Part shown: positions 28,381 through 38,765 of the stretch, in pieces | Layout: each line of letters opens with the position of its first letter | Numbering within the stretch: position 1 is the stretch's first letter | NCBI GenBank assembly: GCA_030834985.1 | Contig: JAUQWV010000001.1 | Coordinates: 23,778-87,777 of the forward strand | Direction of reading: 5' to 3' | DNA length: 64,000 nt | DNA from: Candidatus Dojkabacteria bacterium | GTDB taxonomy: Bacteria > Patescibacteriota > Dojkabacteria > J137 | Notes under the pieces: model-generated | The model's input: the letters and a program-made list of their open reading frames with translations, nothing else | The model's database searches: none | Told to the model about the DNA's origin: nothing | Translations under genes and position numbers: made by a program

Positions 28381-29913
28381 TTATTCAGTATATTTTAAAA
28401 CATCTTTATAGATTTCTTTGGTAAGGTTATCCATATCATATTTAAGTTGTGGGAATGGAACACCTTCCTTTGCTGTTACACCTTCAAAAAACCAGAATAC
28501 TCTTTCACTCATGCCCCATCCGCAAGTTGGCGGCATACCGTATTCAAGCATTTCTACAAAGTCAATATCAAGCATTTGAGCTTCATCATCGCCACTTTGT
28601 CTTAGTTCTTCTTGCTCAACAAATCTTTCTAACTGGTCAATAGGATCATTTAACTCACTATAAGCATTTACTAATTCACTTCCTGCAATAATTGCATGGA
28701 ACCTTTGAGTGACATTTGGATTTTTTTCATCCAGTTTTGCTAATGGACTCATAAATTTAGGCTCGTTTATTAAGAAAGCCGGGCCGGCAATATTGCCTCT
28801 GATTAATTTCCATAATGAATCTACGGCTCTATTTTTGTTTATGTCTGCAAGATCTTTTTCCGATTTGCCGTTATCTTTTAAAACTTGAATCATCTTTTCT
28901 AGACTGTCGTTGTAAATATCTACATCAAATTTCTTTTTAATGATTTGTGCATAATCGATTCTTTCCCAATCTTGGCTTAAGTCGATTTCAAAACCACGTA
29001 TGTTGAATTTTAGTGTTCCATAAACTTCTTGCATTACATATCGGAACATATCTTCAGTTAATTTCATTCCATCGTTATAGTCAGCATATGCCCAATACCA
29101 TTCCATAGCTACGTGTTCTGGGAGGTGTTCGTCGCTAAAGCCTTCATTTCTGAATCTTGGGCCAATGTCGAACACCTTACTGAAGCCAGCTCCAATAAGT
29201 CGTTTTAATGGTAGTTCATGCGAGATTCTTAGGTAAAAATCTTGGTCAAGTGCATCATAATGAGTTACGAATGGTTTAGCATCTGCACCGCCTGTTGTGT
29301 GTTCTAGAACAGGAATATTTACTTCTACAAAGTCATTTTTTAAATAGAAATCTCGTACAGCATTCCAGAATTTAGATCTTCGAACAAATCTCTCACGCAC
29401 TTCTGGATGAACATTCATATCTACATATCTTCGTCTATACCTGTCTTCTTTATCTTCAAGATTTGCAGGCATAGGTCTAAGAGCTTTAGTTAAAAGTTTT
29501 ATAGTATAAGATAAAATAGAAACTTCTCCTCGCTGTGTTTTAGTAATTTCACCTGTTACTTCAATAAAGTCAGATGTATCTAAAAGCGATAAGTTATCGT
29601 AACCGAAATATCCGTGTGCCAAATCCTCTTTTAAAGTATCTGCTTTGATATAAACTTGGATTTTGCCGGACATATCTTCAATATCCATAAACATTAGTCT
29701 TCCATGTTCACGAATAGTTCTAATTCTGCCAGTTAAGCTGATTGTTTTACCATTTAAAGAATCAAAATCTGTAGTAACCTGCCCATTAGGCATATCTTTT
29801 TTTGATACTGCAGGATAAGGATTAATACCCAACTTCTTTAGCTTCTCAAGTTTTTCAATTCTTAAATTACGCTGACCAACTAGGTCAGAAGACTCTATAA
29901 CTTGGGTATTCAT
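28381..29913 (-). CDS. lysS: Lysyl-tRNA synthetase (class II)
   Basis: N-terminal OB anticodon domain. Class II motifs (FRNEG, GGAD/ELVNAYSE). Confidence 0.9.
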   Translation of the reverse strand: MNTQVIESSDLVGQRNLRIEKLEKLKKLGINPYPAVSKKDMPNGQVTTDFDSLNGKTISLTGRIRTIREHGRLMFMDIEDMSGKIQVYIKADTLKEDLAHGYFGYDNLSLLDTSDFIEVTGEITKTQRGEVSILSYTIKLLTKALRPMPANLEDKEDRYRRRYVDMNVHPEVRERFVRRSKFWNAVRDFYLKNDFVEVNIPVLEHTTGGADAKPFVTHYDALDQDFYLRISHELPLKRLIGAGFSKVFDIGPRFRNEGFSDEHLPEHVAMEWYWAYADYNDGMKLTEDMFRYVMQEVYGTLKFNIRGFEIDLSQDWERIDYAQIIKKKFDVDIYNDSLEKMIQVLKDNGKSEKDLADINKNRAVDSLWKLIRGNIAGPAFLINEPKFMSPLAKLDEKNPNVTQRFHAIIAGSELVNAYSELNDPIDQLERFVEQEELRQSGDDEAQMLDIDFVEMLEYGMPPTCGWGMSERVFWFFEGVTAKEGVPFPQLKYDMDNLTKEIYKDVLKYTE

Positions 29914-29982
29914 ACAAACAGGTTAATAATAAAATCAATGAATTATACTACATAATTAATGTGTAAGTGCGCTTGTTAGCGA

Positions 29983-31086
29983 CTAAGGTGCTCGATTTCT
30001 ATTAGGAATTAAAAGGAGGACAACTATTGCAAATAGTACCGCTGCTAAAAGTATTGCTACAATCAATGGGTTTATTCCGTATAGAACTTCAGAAACTTCT
30101 TCTTCTGCTAGTTCAGCGTTATCTATGCATACGTTACCAATACAGCTGTTGTCACTTATACAGTTAATATTCAAAGATGGTGCGCAATATGCGGAAGCTC
30201 CTGCATCGCAGCTAGCTGAGTCCGATACGCAAACTCTATTTTGGCAAGAAAGTCCGCTTAAACAATCACTATTAGTTATACAGGAGCTTCCGCATACACT
30301 TCTAGTTGCTTTCTGATCTTGGCCATCAGTAAACTGTGAAGCCAAAATAAAAGATTGATAAGTATTAGCTACTACAACTGCTCCAATATTATTTACTGCA
30401 CAATAGCTTGATTTATCTTTACTGGAAGAAATTATTGACGATACTATTCCGACCAATCGATTAGTACCTTTCTCAAATACAGGGCTCCCGCTATCTCCAT
30501 AGCAGATACCTCCATCTAGGCCTTTCATATACGCAACATTACCTATAATGTCTTCAATACATACTTGAATACTCTTTCTTAATTTTGTAGTGTAGTCCCC
30601 TGGAATTGTATTTTCATTTTGTCCGTAACCTACAATTTCGTAATTGCAAGATTTTCGAGCTTCGGCTGTGACTGCATATTGTTCTAAATTTACATTGGAA
30701 CTAAGGTTTAATACAGCAATATCGTTTTCCGGTTTGCCAGCCCAACCGGTATTCACTACATAATTTCCAACCTTAATATTGTCATTCCGGTTGGGCTTAA
30801 ACTCATTCACTCCAATATATATTTCGGCATCTTTTGGTAAACAATGAGCAGCTGTTACTGCTGTACTTTCGTTTAAGAATGTAACTCCGCAAGTAGTGAC
30901 TTTCCCATTTTGATAAGCAATTGAGTATCCTGCAAATGGATATCCTGATTCTAATTTTCCTCCAAATAAAGCTGATGAACTGTCGGGAGCTAAGTCTTTA
31001 CCAATGTATAAGGCTCCAAGCAAAGTAACAAGTATAACTGCCACAACTGCAAGAATTCTTATGATTTGCGATTTTCTTTTAATCAT
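29983..31086 (-). CDS. Trypsin-like (S1) serine protease with Cys-rich stalk and C-terminal TM anchor
   Basis: TAAHC and GDSGSP motifs. N-terminal signal/anchor. Repeated SDxC region followed by a C-terminal hydrophobic helix. Confidence 0.75.
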   Translation of the reverse strand: MIKRKSQIIRILAVVAVILVTLLGALYIGKDLAPDSSSALFGGKLESGYPFAGYSIAYQNGKVTTCGVTFLNESTAVTAAHCLPKDAEIYIGVNEFKPNRNDNIKVGNYVVNTGWAGKPENDIAVLNLSSNVNLEQYAVTAEARKSCNYEIVGYGQNENTIPGDYTTKLRKSIQVCIEDIIGNVAYMKGLDGGICYGDSGSPVFEKGTNRLVGIVSSIISSSKDKSSYCAVNNIGAVVVANTYQSFILASQFTDGQDQKATRSVCGSSCITNSDCLSGLSCQNRVCVSDSASCDAGASAYCAPSLNINCISDNSCIGNVCIDNAELAEEEVSEVLYGINPLIVAILLAAVLFAIVVLLLIPNRNRAP

Positions 31087-31129
31087 TTAAAATAGGATAT
31101 ATCAATTTATATTATACCTGTTTTAAACT

Positions 31130-31798
31130 TTGGACAATCCCGAATATTTTAAAACTGATCAGATGCTTATTGCAGACTTTTCTGACACGCATATATCTGA
31201 ATTGTATGCAAAAGGATATGTTTTGACAAGGCTAGAAAAAGGAATATTTAATCAAACACGATCTTTACGGATTGATTTATCAAAATTCGAATTAAATTCA
31301 GAGAATAAAAGGATCTTAAAGAAGAATGAAGACTTGATTATTAAATATCATATTCTACCTTACAAAAACTATACTTGGGAAATTCATAAACTGGGAAAAG
31401 AATTTTATTCTGTTAAATTTGGTGACGGCACAATGAGCGCAGCAAAAATTAAAGAAATGTTCACAGATACAAATAAATCTAACCTTAATGGTGCATTTAA
31501 GTATTTGTTAGATAATGCAATTGCAGGCTATGCTTTAGTGTACGCAAATGAAGATATCTTGCATTATGCGTATCCATTCTATGACTTAAATTTACCAAAA
31601 GATTTGAATGTAGGAATGGGAATGATGCTTAAAGCCATTTTATGGGCTAAAGAAAATAATAGAAAATACATTTATCTAGGATCAGTTACAGATCAGAAAG
31701 CAAAATATAAACTGCAGTTTGAAGGTCTTGAATGGTTTAATACAAATGATGAAAGATGGCTTAATGACTTAGATCAGCTTAAAGCATTATTGAAGTAA
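31130..31798 (+). CDS. Arginyl/leucyl-tRNA-protein transferase-like (ATE/Bpt family) protein
   Basis: C-terminal YLGS...KM.YK..F...E block resembles the ATE_C signature. Weak. Confidence 0.35.
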   Translation: MDNPEYFKTDQMLIADFSDTHISELYAKGYVLTRLEKGIFNQTRSLRIDLSKFELNSENKRILKKNEDLIIKYHILPYKNYTWEIHKLGKEFYSVKFGDGTMSAAKIKEMFTDTNKSNLNGAFKYLLDNAIAGYALVYANEDILHYAYPFYDLNLPKDLNVGMGMMLKAILWAKENNRKYIYLGSVTDQKAKYKLQFEGLEWFNTNDERWLNDLDQLKALLK

Positions 31799-31906
31799 GA
31801 TTTTTTAAAGATTTGTATTTCAATACAATTCTCCTTTTACGTTAATATTGTACAATTCCTCAATCCTATGCAATTCTGCTAGGAACAATGGCAATGGAGG
31901 CTGGCA

Positions 31907-32188
31907 ATGGCGCCAAAACCTGAGTCAAAGTCTAACGAAGACAAAAGTAGAATTGAAGTCTTTGACGGACCAAAGGACAATCACAGTACTCATTCTGTGA
32001 TTCATACCGCTGCCGATGGTTGGGCAACTCACGATTACGAACGAATCGGTTACGATTCGGGAGGAAACCCAATTGAGGTTGTCGATACAGCTGACTATCA
32101 AGGCAACGTGATCGCCGGCAGCGAACAATACAACTCTGGCTGGGATGATACAAGCTTTAATGAGGCTGCAACTAGCATTGAGCCGTAG
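31907..32188 (+). CDS. Hypothetical small acidic protein (93 aa), GC-rich orphan gene
   Basis: SD ggaggct. Compositional island. Hairpin 32200-32226 shared with the convergent gene. Confidence 0.45.
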   Translation: MAPKPESKSNEDKSRIEVFDGPKDNHSTHSVIHTAADGWATHDYERIGYDSGGNPIEVVDTADYQGNVIAGSEQYNSGWDDTSFNEAATSIEP

Positions 32189-32199
32189 TCCATATTAGA

Positions 32200-32226
32200 C
32201 TAGGGCAGCTTACATAGCTGCCCTAG
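32200..32226. terminator. Bidirectional terminator hairpin (ctagggcagct/agctgccctag)
   Basis: 11-bp perfect stem between convergent genes. Confidence 0.45.
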
Positions 32227-32584
32227 TAACTCTATTAATTATTTCTATTAGTCTTGCTTTTGCTTCAGTTGAATTTAAATCCTCATACATATAGGATTTA
32301 AAAAACTCCCCATCAATTATCTCAAGCTCATTCATTTTAAATGTTTGTGCCGTTCTGTACCCATAAATTCTATATCGCTTCAATTTTTTATCTTTTCTCT
32401 GAAATGTTAATGTATATTCCCCAACTATCGTAGGTACTTGTGGTATTTCTGTATTTTCAATATCCCCCGCAATTTGTATTTTAATATTCTGTTCAGTTTT
32501 ATTTATGTTCTGTTGAAAAGAGCGTAAGATACTGACAGCTTTAAAAGCAAGCTCACTAATGCTTAACATATCTAAGTGTTCCAT
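32210..32584 (-). CDS. Hypothetical protein (124 aa)
   Basis: ORF only. Confidence 0.4.
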   Translation of the reverse strand: MEHLDMLSISELAFKAVSILRSFQQNINKTEQNIKIQIAGDIENTEIPQVPTIVGEYTLTFQRKDKKLKRYRIYGYRTAQTFKMNELEIIDGEFFKSYMYEDLNSTEAKARLIEIINRVTRAAM

Positions 32585-32591
32585 AAGAACA

Positions 32592-33146
32592 TTATAGCTT
32601 AGCAGGTAAAACTATATTAACGATTTCGGTAAAAGTTCTGTTTAGGGTTTCTAATTCTTCAGTTGTAAATCTTCCAAGTACATAATCAGAGCCGCTTATG
32701 TTAGCTCTTAGGACTGAGTCACGATTATCAATTCCGATTCGTAATCTCCAAAATTCAGCAGTTGATAAATGATTTTCAATAGATAAAATTCCATTGTGGA
32801 CTTTGGGGCCTTTATTAAATTGAAGCTTATATTGACCAAGCTCAATATCTAGATCATCATGAATAACTAGAATTTGTTGCGGCGAAAGTTTATAAAAAGA
32901 TTTCATCAAATGAACGCTTTCGCCGCTGTTATTCATAAAGGTTAAAGGCTTAATTACAAAAATTCTATCTTCGCCTACTCCTATTTGGGCAACTTCAGCT
33001 CTAACCTTTTTTTCTTCAGAAAAATTTAAATTCAATGAATCTAAAAACATAAAGCCAACGTTATGTCTGGTCTTGGCATATTCTAGTCCGGGATTTCCTA
33101 GGCCAACAATAAGTTTGATTTGTGACAATTCAAATTCTGGCTGCAT
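32592..33146 (-). CDS. pth: Peptidyl-tRNA hydrolase (likely start at the internal Met; the longest ORF extends to 33203 and would overlap folD)
   Basis: LIVGLGNPG..Y..TRHNVGF signature. Confidence 0.85.
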   Translation of the reverse strand: MQPEFELSQIKLIVGLGNPGLEYAKTRHNVGFMFLDSLNLNFSEEKKVRAEVAQIGVGEDRIFVIKPLTFMNNSGESVHLMKSFYKLSPQQILVIHDDLDIELGQYKLQFNKGPKVHNGILSIENHLSTAEFWRLRIGIDNRDSVLRANISGSDYVLGRFTTEELETLNRTFTEIVNIVLPAKL

Positions 33147-33157
33147 AGCAGTACTTT

Positions 33158-34000
33158 TTACTTTTGAAGTTTTGATAAGTTTACTAAGTTTCTGTATAAA
33201 CATGCTACTGTTATAGGCCCAATGCCGCCAGGCACTGGTGTATAGGTAATATCTTTATTGTTATCTTTTCTATCTTTAAAATCTCCAACTACCTTATCAT
33301 CTTTTTTAATACTTGTTACATCAACTACAAGTGAACCGTCTTGTACACTGTCAAAGTCAAAAAGCTCACCTTTTCCAGTTGCAGTTACAATAATATCCGC
33401 AGTAGAAAAAAGATCTTCCAGGTTTTTTGTAAACTCGTTTGCAATGGTTACTGTTGCATTAAGCGTTGCAAAGACTGTAGCTAATGGCTTACCTATTAAA
33501 TCTGAATTGTTAACAATCAATACATTGCTTCCATTAAAATCGTTCTTGTAATATTCCTTTACAACTTCTAAACATGCATCAACAGTTGCAGGTAAAATCC
33601 CATTTAGAATATCTTGAGAATATAACCCAAAGTTAATAGCTGAAAGTCCGTCGGTATCTTTGATTGGGTTTATAGAGTTTAGGATTCTATGCTTGTATGG
33701 AGCTAAATGTTCAAATAATGGTAGCTGTACAAGGATTCCGTTTACTGAATCGTCTTTATTCAGCTCATCAATTTTTGATAAAACTTCCTCGATTTTTACA
33801 TCCTCTTTAAAATTGATGAGCTGAACCTGAATTCCAAGCTCCATCCCTTTTTGCATTTTAAGTGCTATATATTTTTTTGATGCAGCATCATTCCCGGCAT
33901 CTATAATTGCAAGTTTGATCGGCTTATCTGATGCTATAATCTGCTCTTTTATATAAGCGTAGATATTTTCTGTAATCTTTTTAGAATCTACTAATTGCAT
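33158..34000 (-). CDS. folD: Bifunctional methylene-THF dehydrogenase/cyclohydrolase
   Basis: Conserved FolD blocks (PVPGGIGP.T.A.L). Confidence 0.85.
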   Translation of the reverse strand: MQLVDSKKITENIYAYIKEQIIASDKPIKLAIIDAGNDAASKKYIALKMQKGMELGIQVQLINFKEDVKIEEVLSKIDELNKDDSVNGILVQLPLFEHLAPYKHRILNSINPIKDTDGLSAINFGLYSQDILNGILPATVDACLEVVKEYYKNDFNGSNVLIVNNSDLIGKPLATVFATLNATVTIANEFTKNLEDLFSTADIIVTATGKGELFDFDSVQDGSLVVDVTSIKKDDKVVGDFKDRKDNNKDITYTPVPGGIGPITVACLYRNLVNLSKLQK

Positions 34001-34016
34001 AAAAAGATTTTAGCAT

Positions 34017-35189
34017 TTATTTCTGCAGTACAGCTGTAATTTCGATCTCTTGTCCTTGTCTTAGAACTTTTAAAGTAACTTCATCCCCTACTTTAAACCC
34101 TTGAATTACAACATTGAGTGGTCTGGATTGTGTAAGTTTAATGCCTTCAACTTCTAAGATTATATCGTTTTCTCTTAAGCCTGCTCTATCAGCAGAGCTG
34201 CCTGGCATTACTGCTAAATCATCTGCAGTTTCTCCACGGACAATTAATGCTCCTTGATCAACACTTAATTCATTAGCTTCTTTAAGTTCTTGTGTGATCA
34301 TTCTAAATCTTACTCCAAGCTTTGGTCTTACAATCTCACCTTCTGCACTAAGCCTTGACAATAAATCAACCACAATGTCAGAGGGAATAGCAAATCCTAT
34401 TCCCTGTGCGTTACTTGCTACAGCAACGTTTACTCCAATGACATTACCATCTAAATCAAGCAATGGACCTCCTGAATTCCCAGAATTAATACTTGCATCT
34501 GTCTGAATGACATCAAAAAGTTGCTCAGCGTTTTGACCAAGAGCATCTGTGGCAACAATATTTCTACCAATTCCAGAAACTATTCCGGAGCTTACTGTAT
34601 TACTAAATTCTCCTAATGCATTACCGATAGCAACAACTGTCTGCCCTACCTGTAAGTCTTTAGATGAACCAAATGCTAATGGAGCTAACCCAGTTGCTTC
34701 TATTTTTATGAAAGCAATATCCAGTAAAGTATCGCGTGCCAAGACTTTTGCAGTGTATTTAGTATCATCTTTAAATATTACAGTGTATTCTGCACTATCA
34801 TCCTCTACCACATGTCTATTAGTAATAATCATTCCATCTTCACTTATTACAAATCCTGTTCCTGCTGCAACTTCCCGTTTTTCGGTTGTTGCTGAATCGG
34901 AGTCGTTTCTTGGAATTCCAAAATATTCTAAAAATGGATCATAGTTCTCAAGAACAGGGACATCCTTAGAAACAACAATACTTACAACCGAGCTAGAGGC
35001 TTTGTTAACAACGTCGATTACCGCCTCTTGCTGATTTGTCACACGAATATCCTGGTTGATTATAGAACCTGTAAGTTCGCTAAGCGGTGAATTACCAAGT
35101 CTGCCGCCTACATATCCGCCTAGAACACCGGCAAAACAAGCAAAAAGGATAGTTGAACAACTTAAAAGTACAAGTGCAAATCTGCGCAT
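34017..35189 (-). CDS. htrA: HtrA/DegP-family serine protease with PDZ domain
   Basis: Trypsin fold motifs (GNSGGPL) and C-terminal PDZ. Confidence 0.85.
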   Translation of the reverse strand: MRRFALVLLSCSTILFACFAGVLGGYVGGRLGNSPLSELTGSIINQDIRVTNQQEAVIDVVNKASSSVVSIVVSKDVPVLENYDPFLEYFGIPRNDSDSATTEKREVAAGTGFVISEDGMIITNRHVVEDDSAEYTVIFKDDTKYTAKVLARDTLLDIAFIKIEATGLAPLAFGSSKDLQVGQTVVAIGNALGEFSNTVSSGIVSGIGRNIVATDALGQNAEQLFDVIQTDASINSGNSGGPLLDLDGNVIGVNVAVASNAQGIGFAIPSDIVVDLLSRLSAEGEIVRPKLGVRFRMITQELKEANELSVDQGALIVRGETADDLAVMPGSSADRAGLRENDIILEVEGIKLTQSRPLNVVIQGFKVGDEVTLKVLRQGQEIEITAVLQK

Positions 35190-35279
35190 AGGTTAAAACT
35201 AAAATTTATTACGTATATTTATTCTAGGTATATTTTATGAATTTTTTATGAAGAGTTGTACTAGTTATCTACCCAACAG

Positions 35280-35999
35280 CTAGTCTCTTCGGCTTCCCGT
35301 AATTCTTAATACGCTTAAGAATAGGTTGATAAAGTCAAGATAAAGCATTAATGCACCTGATACTGCGTATCTTGTGTGACCTTGACCTGAAAGCTCGGCT
35401 TGATGTGCTAAATTTTTTAATTGTGCTGAGTCAGCTGCAATTAAAACACTAAATACAATCACAATTACATAATTTGCTAAAGCATTTAATGTATTGGATA
35501 ATGGTGAGTTTAATAATAAGAGCACTACATTAACAATACTTACTAAAATGATTCCGACTAGTGCAAATAAGGCAACTGCACGCCATCGAGATAAGTCTCT
35601 TTTGGTAATTAATCCGTAAGCTGCAAGGATTAAAAACATTATTGCAGATATTCCAAAAGCTAAGAAAATAGAATTTAAACTGTAATTTAGTGCAATAATC
35701 CCAACTGTAACTCCTGTAAAGGCAGAGTAAATCAAGAATAGTGCTAAAGCTACAAATCCATTAAGCTTTTGCCATAAAAAAGATAATACCAATACTAAAA
35801 CCAGCTGAATTATTATTGCTGGCAGCGATAAAATAGTAATTAGGTATAAGAGCTCAGATGACCTTGATGTAACTAAGTCAATAATAAATGCAATTACTGC
35901 TGTAATTACAATTCCTAAAGTCATCCATCCGTAAACTTGTGCAGCAAATGCACCTTGTGTACTAACAGTTGTTTGTTGATTGTAGTAGGTGTTGTTCAT
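35280..35999 (-). CDS. Bax inhibitor-1/YccA family membrane protein
   Basis: 239 aa, 7-TM pattern, typical BI-1 N-terminal and C-terminal sequence. Confidence 0.7.
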   Translation of the reverse strand: MNNTYYNQQTTVSTQGAFAAQVYGWMTLGIVITAVIAFIIDLVTSRSSELLYLITILSLPAIIIQLVLVLVLSFLWQKLNGFVALALFLIYSAFTGVTVGIIALNYSLNSIFLAFGISAIMFLILAAYGLITKRDLSRWRAVALFALVGIILVSIVNVVLLLLNSPLSNTLNALANYVIVIVFSVLIAADSAQLKNLAHQAELSGQGHTRYAVSGALMLYLDFINLFLSVLRITGSRRD

Positions 36000-36041
36000 A
36001 ATTAATATTATACACTAATATTTATTTACAAAAGAAATTGG

Positions 36042-37121
36042 CTATTCATCTTTAGGCTCATCTCTTAAAGGATGATAATCTTTATGAGTTTTTTCCGCAT
36101 ATTTATCTGAAGCATGGACGTAACGGGATGTAGTTTGTAAACTTGAGTGGCCTAAAAGCCTTTGAATTGCTACCGGATTTGCCCCTTCTTCTGCTATATA
36201 TGTGGCAAATCCGTGTCTTAAACTGTGTGCACTTGTTGGCACGATAATACCAAGTCTTGTACGATATTCTTTAATTTTCATTTGAATGTAGTTTTGCGAT
36301 AATCTTATTTTGTATGGACTTCGCGTTGCAAATCGAGTGCCTTTGGTTGGAATAAATACTGCAGGGTAATCATCGTTTCTTTCCTTTAGATATTCTTCAA
36401 TAAATTCAATAGCTCTGGGGGTTAGGTAAACAAAGCGCTGTTTTTTTCCTTTTCCTAGAATATAGATTCTATCGTCTACTATTTTACCGTCTTTAAACTT
36501 AATCTGTTCACGATTTAAATTCACAACCTCTGAAATCCTCATCCCTGTTGAGAAAATTAGTTCTAAGATTGCCCGATTCCTAAGCTTTACTATAGGATCT
36601 TCTTCAAAATGGGTAGGGCATTCAATTAAGTCGACTAATTCATTAAACTCAGCAACTTGTTTCTCTTTCTTCTCAGCTTTAATCATTTTGATTGCACTTG
36701 GAGGAATCGGGCATGGTTTATCGAAATCTACAAGGAAAGTTAGATAGGATCTAAGAGACGAAAGCATTCTATTTACACTATTATCAGACAATTGCCCTTT
36801 ATACATAGCCTTTTTTACTTCTGAAATATCATTTTGAGAAGCTTCAATATCTTCTTGAGTTAAATCAGTATTCTCTTTGTATTTATGTAAAATTGGAATA
36901 TAGTTTTGTTCCCGTAAAAATCCTTTATATTCACTAATAGTTAATTTATCAATCTTTTCAAAAGGCGTTTCAATATAGAATAGAAAAGCACTAAAGATAT
37001 CAAGGTCTCTTTTATAGTTATCAAGAGTTTCCTTTGAGTAGTTGTTATTTTTTAAATTCAATAAATACTCTCTCAAATAATCTAACTGATACGGATTTAT
37101 TTTTGGAGAAACTTTGGTCAT
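36042..37121 (-). CDS. xerC: Tyrosine site-specific recombinase (XerC/XerD-like)
   Basis: C-terminal catalytic box (HSLRH...LLGHSSLQTTSRYVH). N-terminal SAM-like domain. Confidence 0.75.
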   Translation of the reverse strand: MTKVSPKINPYQLDYLREYLLNLKNNNYSKETLDNYKRDLDIFSAFLFYIETPFEKIDKLTISEYKGFLREQNYIPILHKYKENTDLTQEDIEASQNDISEVKKAMYKGQLSDNSVNRMLSSLRSYLTFLVDFDKPCPIPPSAIKMIKAEKKEKQVAEFNELVDLIECPTHFEEDPIVKLRNRAILELIFSTGMRISEVVNLNREQIKFKDGKIVDDRIYILGKGKKQRFVYLTPRAIEFIEEYLKERNDDYPAVFIPTKGTRFATRSPYKIRLSQNYIQMKIKEYRTRLGIIVPTSAHSLRHGFATYIAEEGANPVAIQRLLGHSSLQTTSRYVHASDKYAEKTHKDYHPLRDEPKDE

Positions 37122-37176
37122 ACTAATATATTACTTTGCAATACAGATAATGTAAATCTGTGGTAAATTTAGATAA

Positions 37177-38751
37177 ATGATTCTTTTGTCGAAACTTCAA
37201 AAAGTAAAAATGCCACTGCAGGTAATTAATGTTATCTACTACTCTATCATTATACTCCTTCTTTTAAGATTACTAGGTTACTTTATAGATCCAGATTTAT
37301 GGTGGCATATTAGACTGGGCCAAAATATTTTAGAAAACAACTGGATAAATAATCTAACGTTTACCTGCACTGACTATGTTTGGGTTAATCATGCTTGGCT
37401 TTCTGACGTTTTAATTAGTCAGTTACACAAATTAGGTGGCTTTCAAGGAATGTCGATATTTTTTAGCGCTGTTTTTGGAGTAGGGATTCTTTTTAACTTT
37501 ATGGCGATAAAAGAGGTTTTAAAAGGTTTAAATACAAAGCTAAGTAGAACACTTGTACTGTTGTATTTAACATTATTTATACATATTCTAACCTCTTTTA
37601 TCGCGGTAAGACCTCAAGCATTTAGCTTCCTATTTATAAATGTACTTTTATTTGTGCTAATTAAAATTTCAGCTGCAAATAAAGTTAAATACTTTCATTT
37701 GCTTTACTTGGCACCGCTTTTTTTGTTATGGGTAAATTTACATGGCGGTTTCCCAGTAGGAATTGGCTTAATTGGAATATTTTTGATTTATCATGGCTTA
37801 AAGTTGGCTCAGGCTACAATATTCAATACAGGAAAGCTCGAAGTGGTCAAAAACTTGAAACATGCTTTCTTTTTTGCGGCAGCTGTAGTTGTATTCATTT
37901 TAGTTAGTTTAATTAATCCATTTGGTGTAAAGCTGTGGGAAGAAATCTTTACTTTGGTTCTTGGCAGTAGTAATGCTAACTTTATATCAGAGTGGAAGGC
38001 AATAAATATAAAAGATTATTTTCTGCTTTTTTACTTTGTTTTATGGACTGCAGCACTTATTTTACAAATTTTACGCCGAAACTATAATCTACTGCGATTA
38101 CTACTGCTTTTGATCTTTGGCTTTCTATCTTTTTATTCTGTCAGATACATTTTGCCCGCTTCAGGTATTGTTGGTATGGTTTTTATTATTGAACTAACGC
38201 TATTTATAAATAATTTAAAGTACTTGTTTACGGATAAGGAATCTAAAAGGGCTTTAGCAGCCCTTAAAGTGCTATTTTGGATAGTTTTTGCAGCTTTTGG
38301 ATTGCTATGGACGGCTACTTCATTAAAATTCTGGGATGGGTTGCGTGATATTAATAACAAAGAAGGTAATGCTGGTCTAGTAATGTATCCTGTTAAAGCG
38401 GTAGAATTCATAAAGGCTCATCCAGAAACATTTTCTGACCTAAATTTTTATAATACATATGTTTGGGGTGGTTATTTAACGTACACTCTACCCGACTACA
38501 GTTGGTTTATTAATGGCATAATGCCAGAATGGCACTGTAATGGAAAGGTTAAAGGCACTGTAATGCTTGACTATGTAGAGCTAGAATCTTTAAATCCAGC
38601 CTGGGCAAATGTACTTGATAGATACAATATTCAGGCAATTCTGGTTCAAAATACATCTTCCCTGGCAAATGTTCTAAAGCAAAATGATAAGTGGGAGCTG
38701 CTCTATCAGGATGAATTAGCTGTTTTATACTTCAAAATTAGCGACCTGTAA
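37177..38751 (+). CDS. Hypothetical large polytopic membrane protein (glycosyltransferase-like topology)
   Basis: 524 aa, more than 10 TM helices. Confidence 0.45.
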   Translation: MILLSKLQKVKMPLQVINVIYYSIIILLLLRLLGYFIDPDLWWHIRLGQNILENNWINNLTFTCTDYVWVNHAWLSDVLISQLHKLGGFQGMSIFFSAVFGVGILFNFMAIKEVLKGLNTKLSRTLVLLYLTLFIHILTSFIAVRPQAFSFLFINVLLFVLIKISAANKVKYFHLLYLAPLFLLWVNLHGGFPVGIGLIGIFLIYHGLKLAQATIFNTGKLEVVKNLKHAFFFAAAVVVFILVSLINPFGVKLWEEIFTLVLGSSNANFISEWKAINIKDYFLLFYFVLWTAALILQILRRNYNLLRLLLLLIFGFLSFYSVRYILPASGIVGMVFIIELTLFINNLKYLFTDKESKRALAALKVLFWIVFAAFGLLWTATSLKFWDGLRDINNKEGNAGLVMYPVKAVEFIKAHPETFSDLNFYNTYVWGGYLTYTLPDYSWFINGIMPEWHCNGKVKGTVMLDYVELESLNPAWANVLDRYNIQAILVQNTSSLANVLKQNDKWELLYQDELAVLYFKISDL

Positions 38752-38765
38752 GTTAAAATTAGAGC

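Noticed and set aside
33146-33203. 46-nt overlap between the folD 3' end and the longest pth ORF
   Set aside because: This is most likely an artefact of choosing the longest ORF. An internal Met just upstream of the conserved LIVGLGNPG block gives a non-overlapping pth start at 33146.
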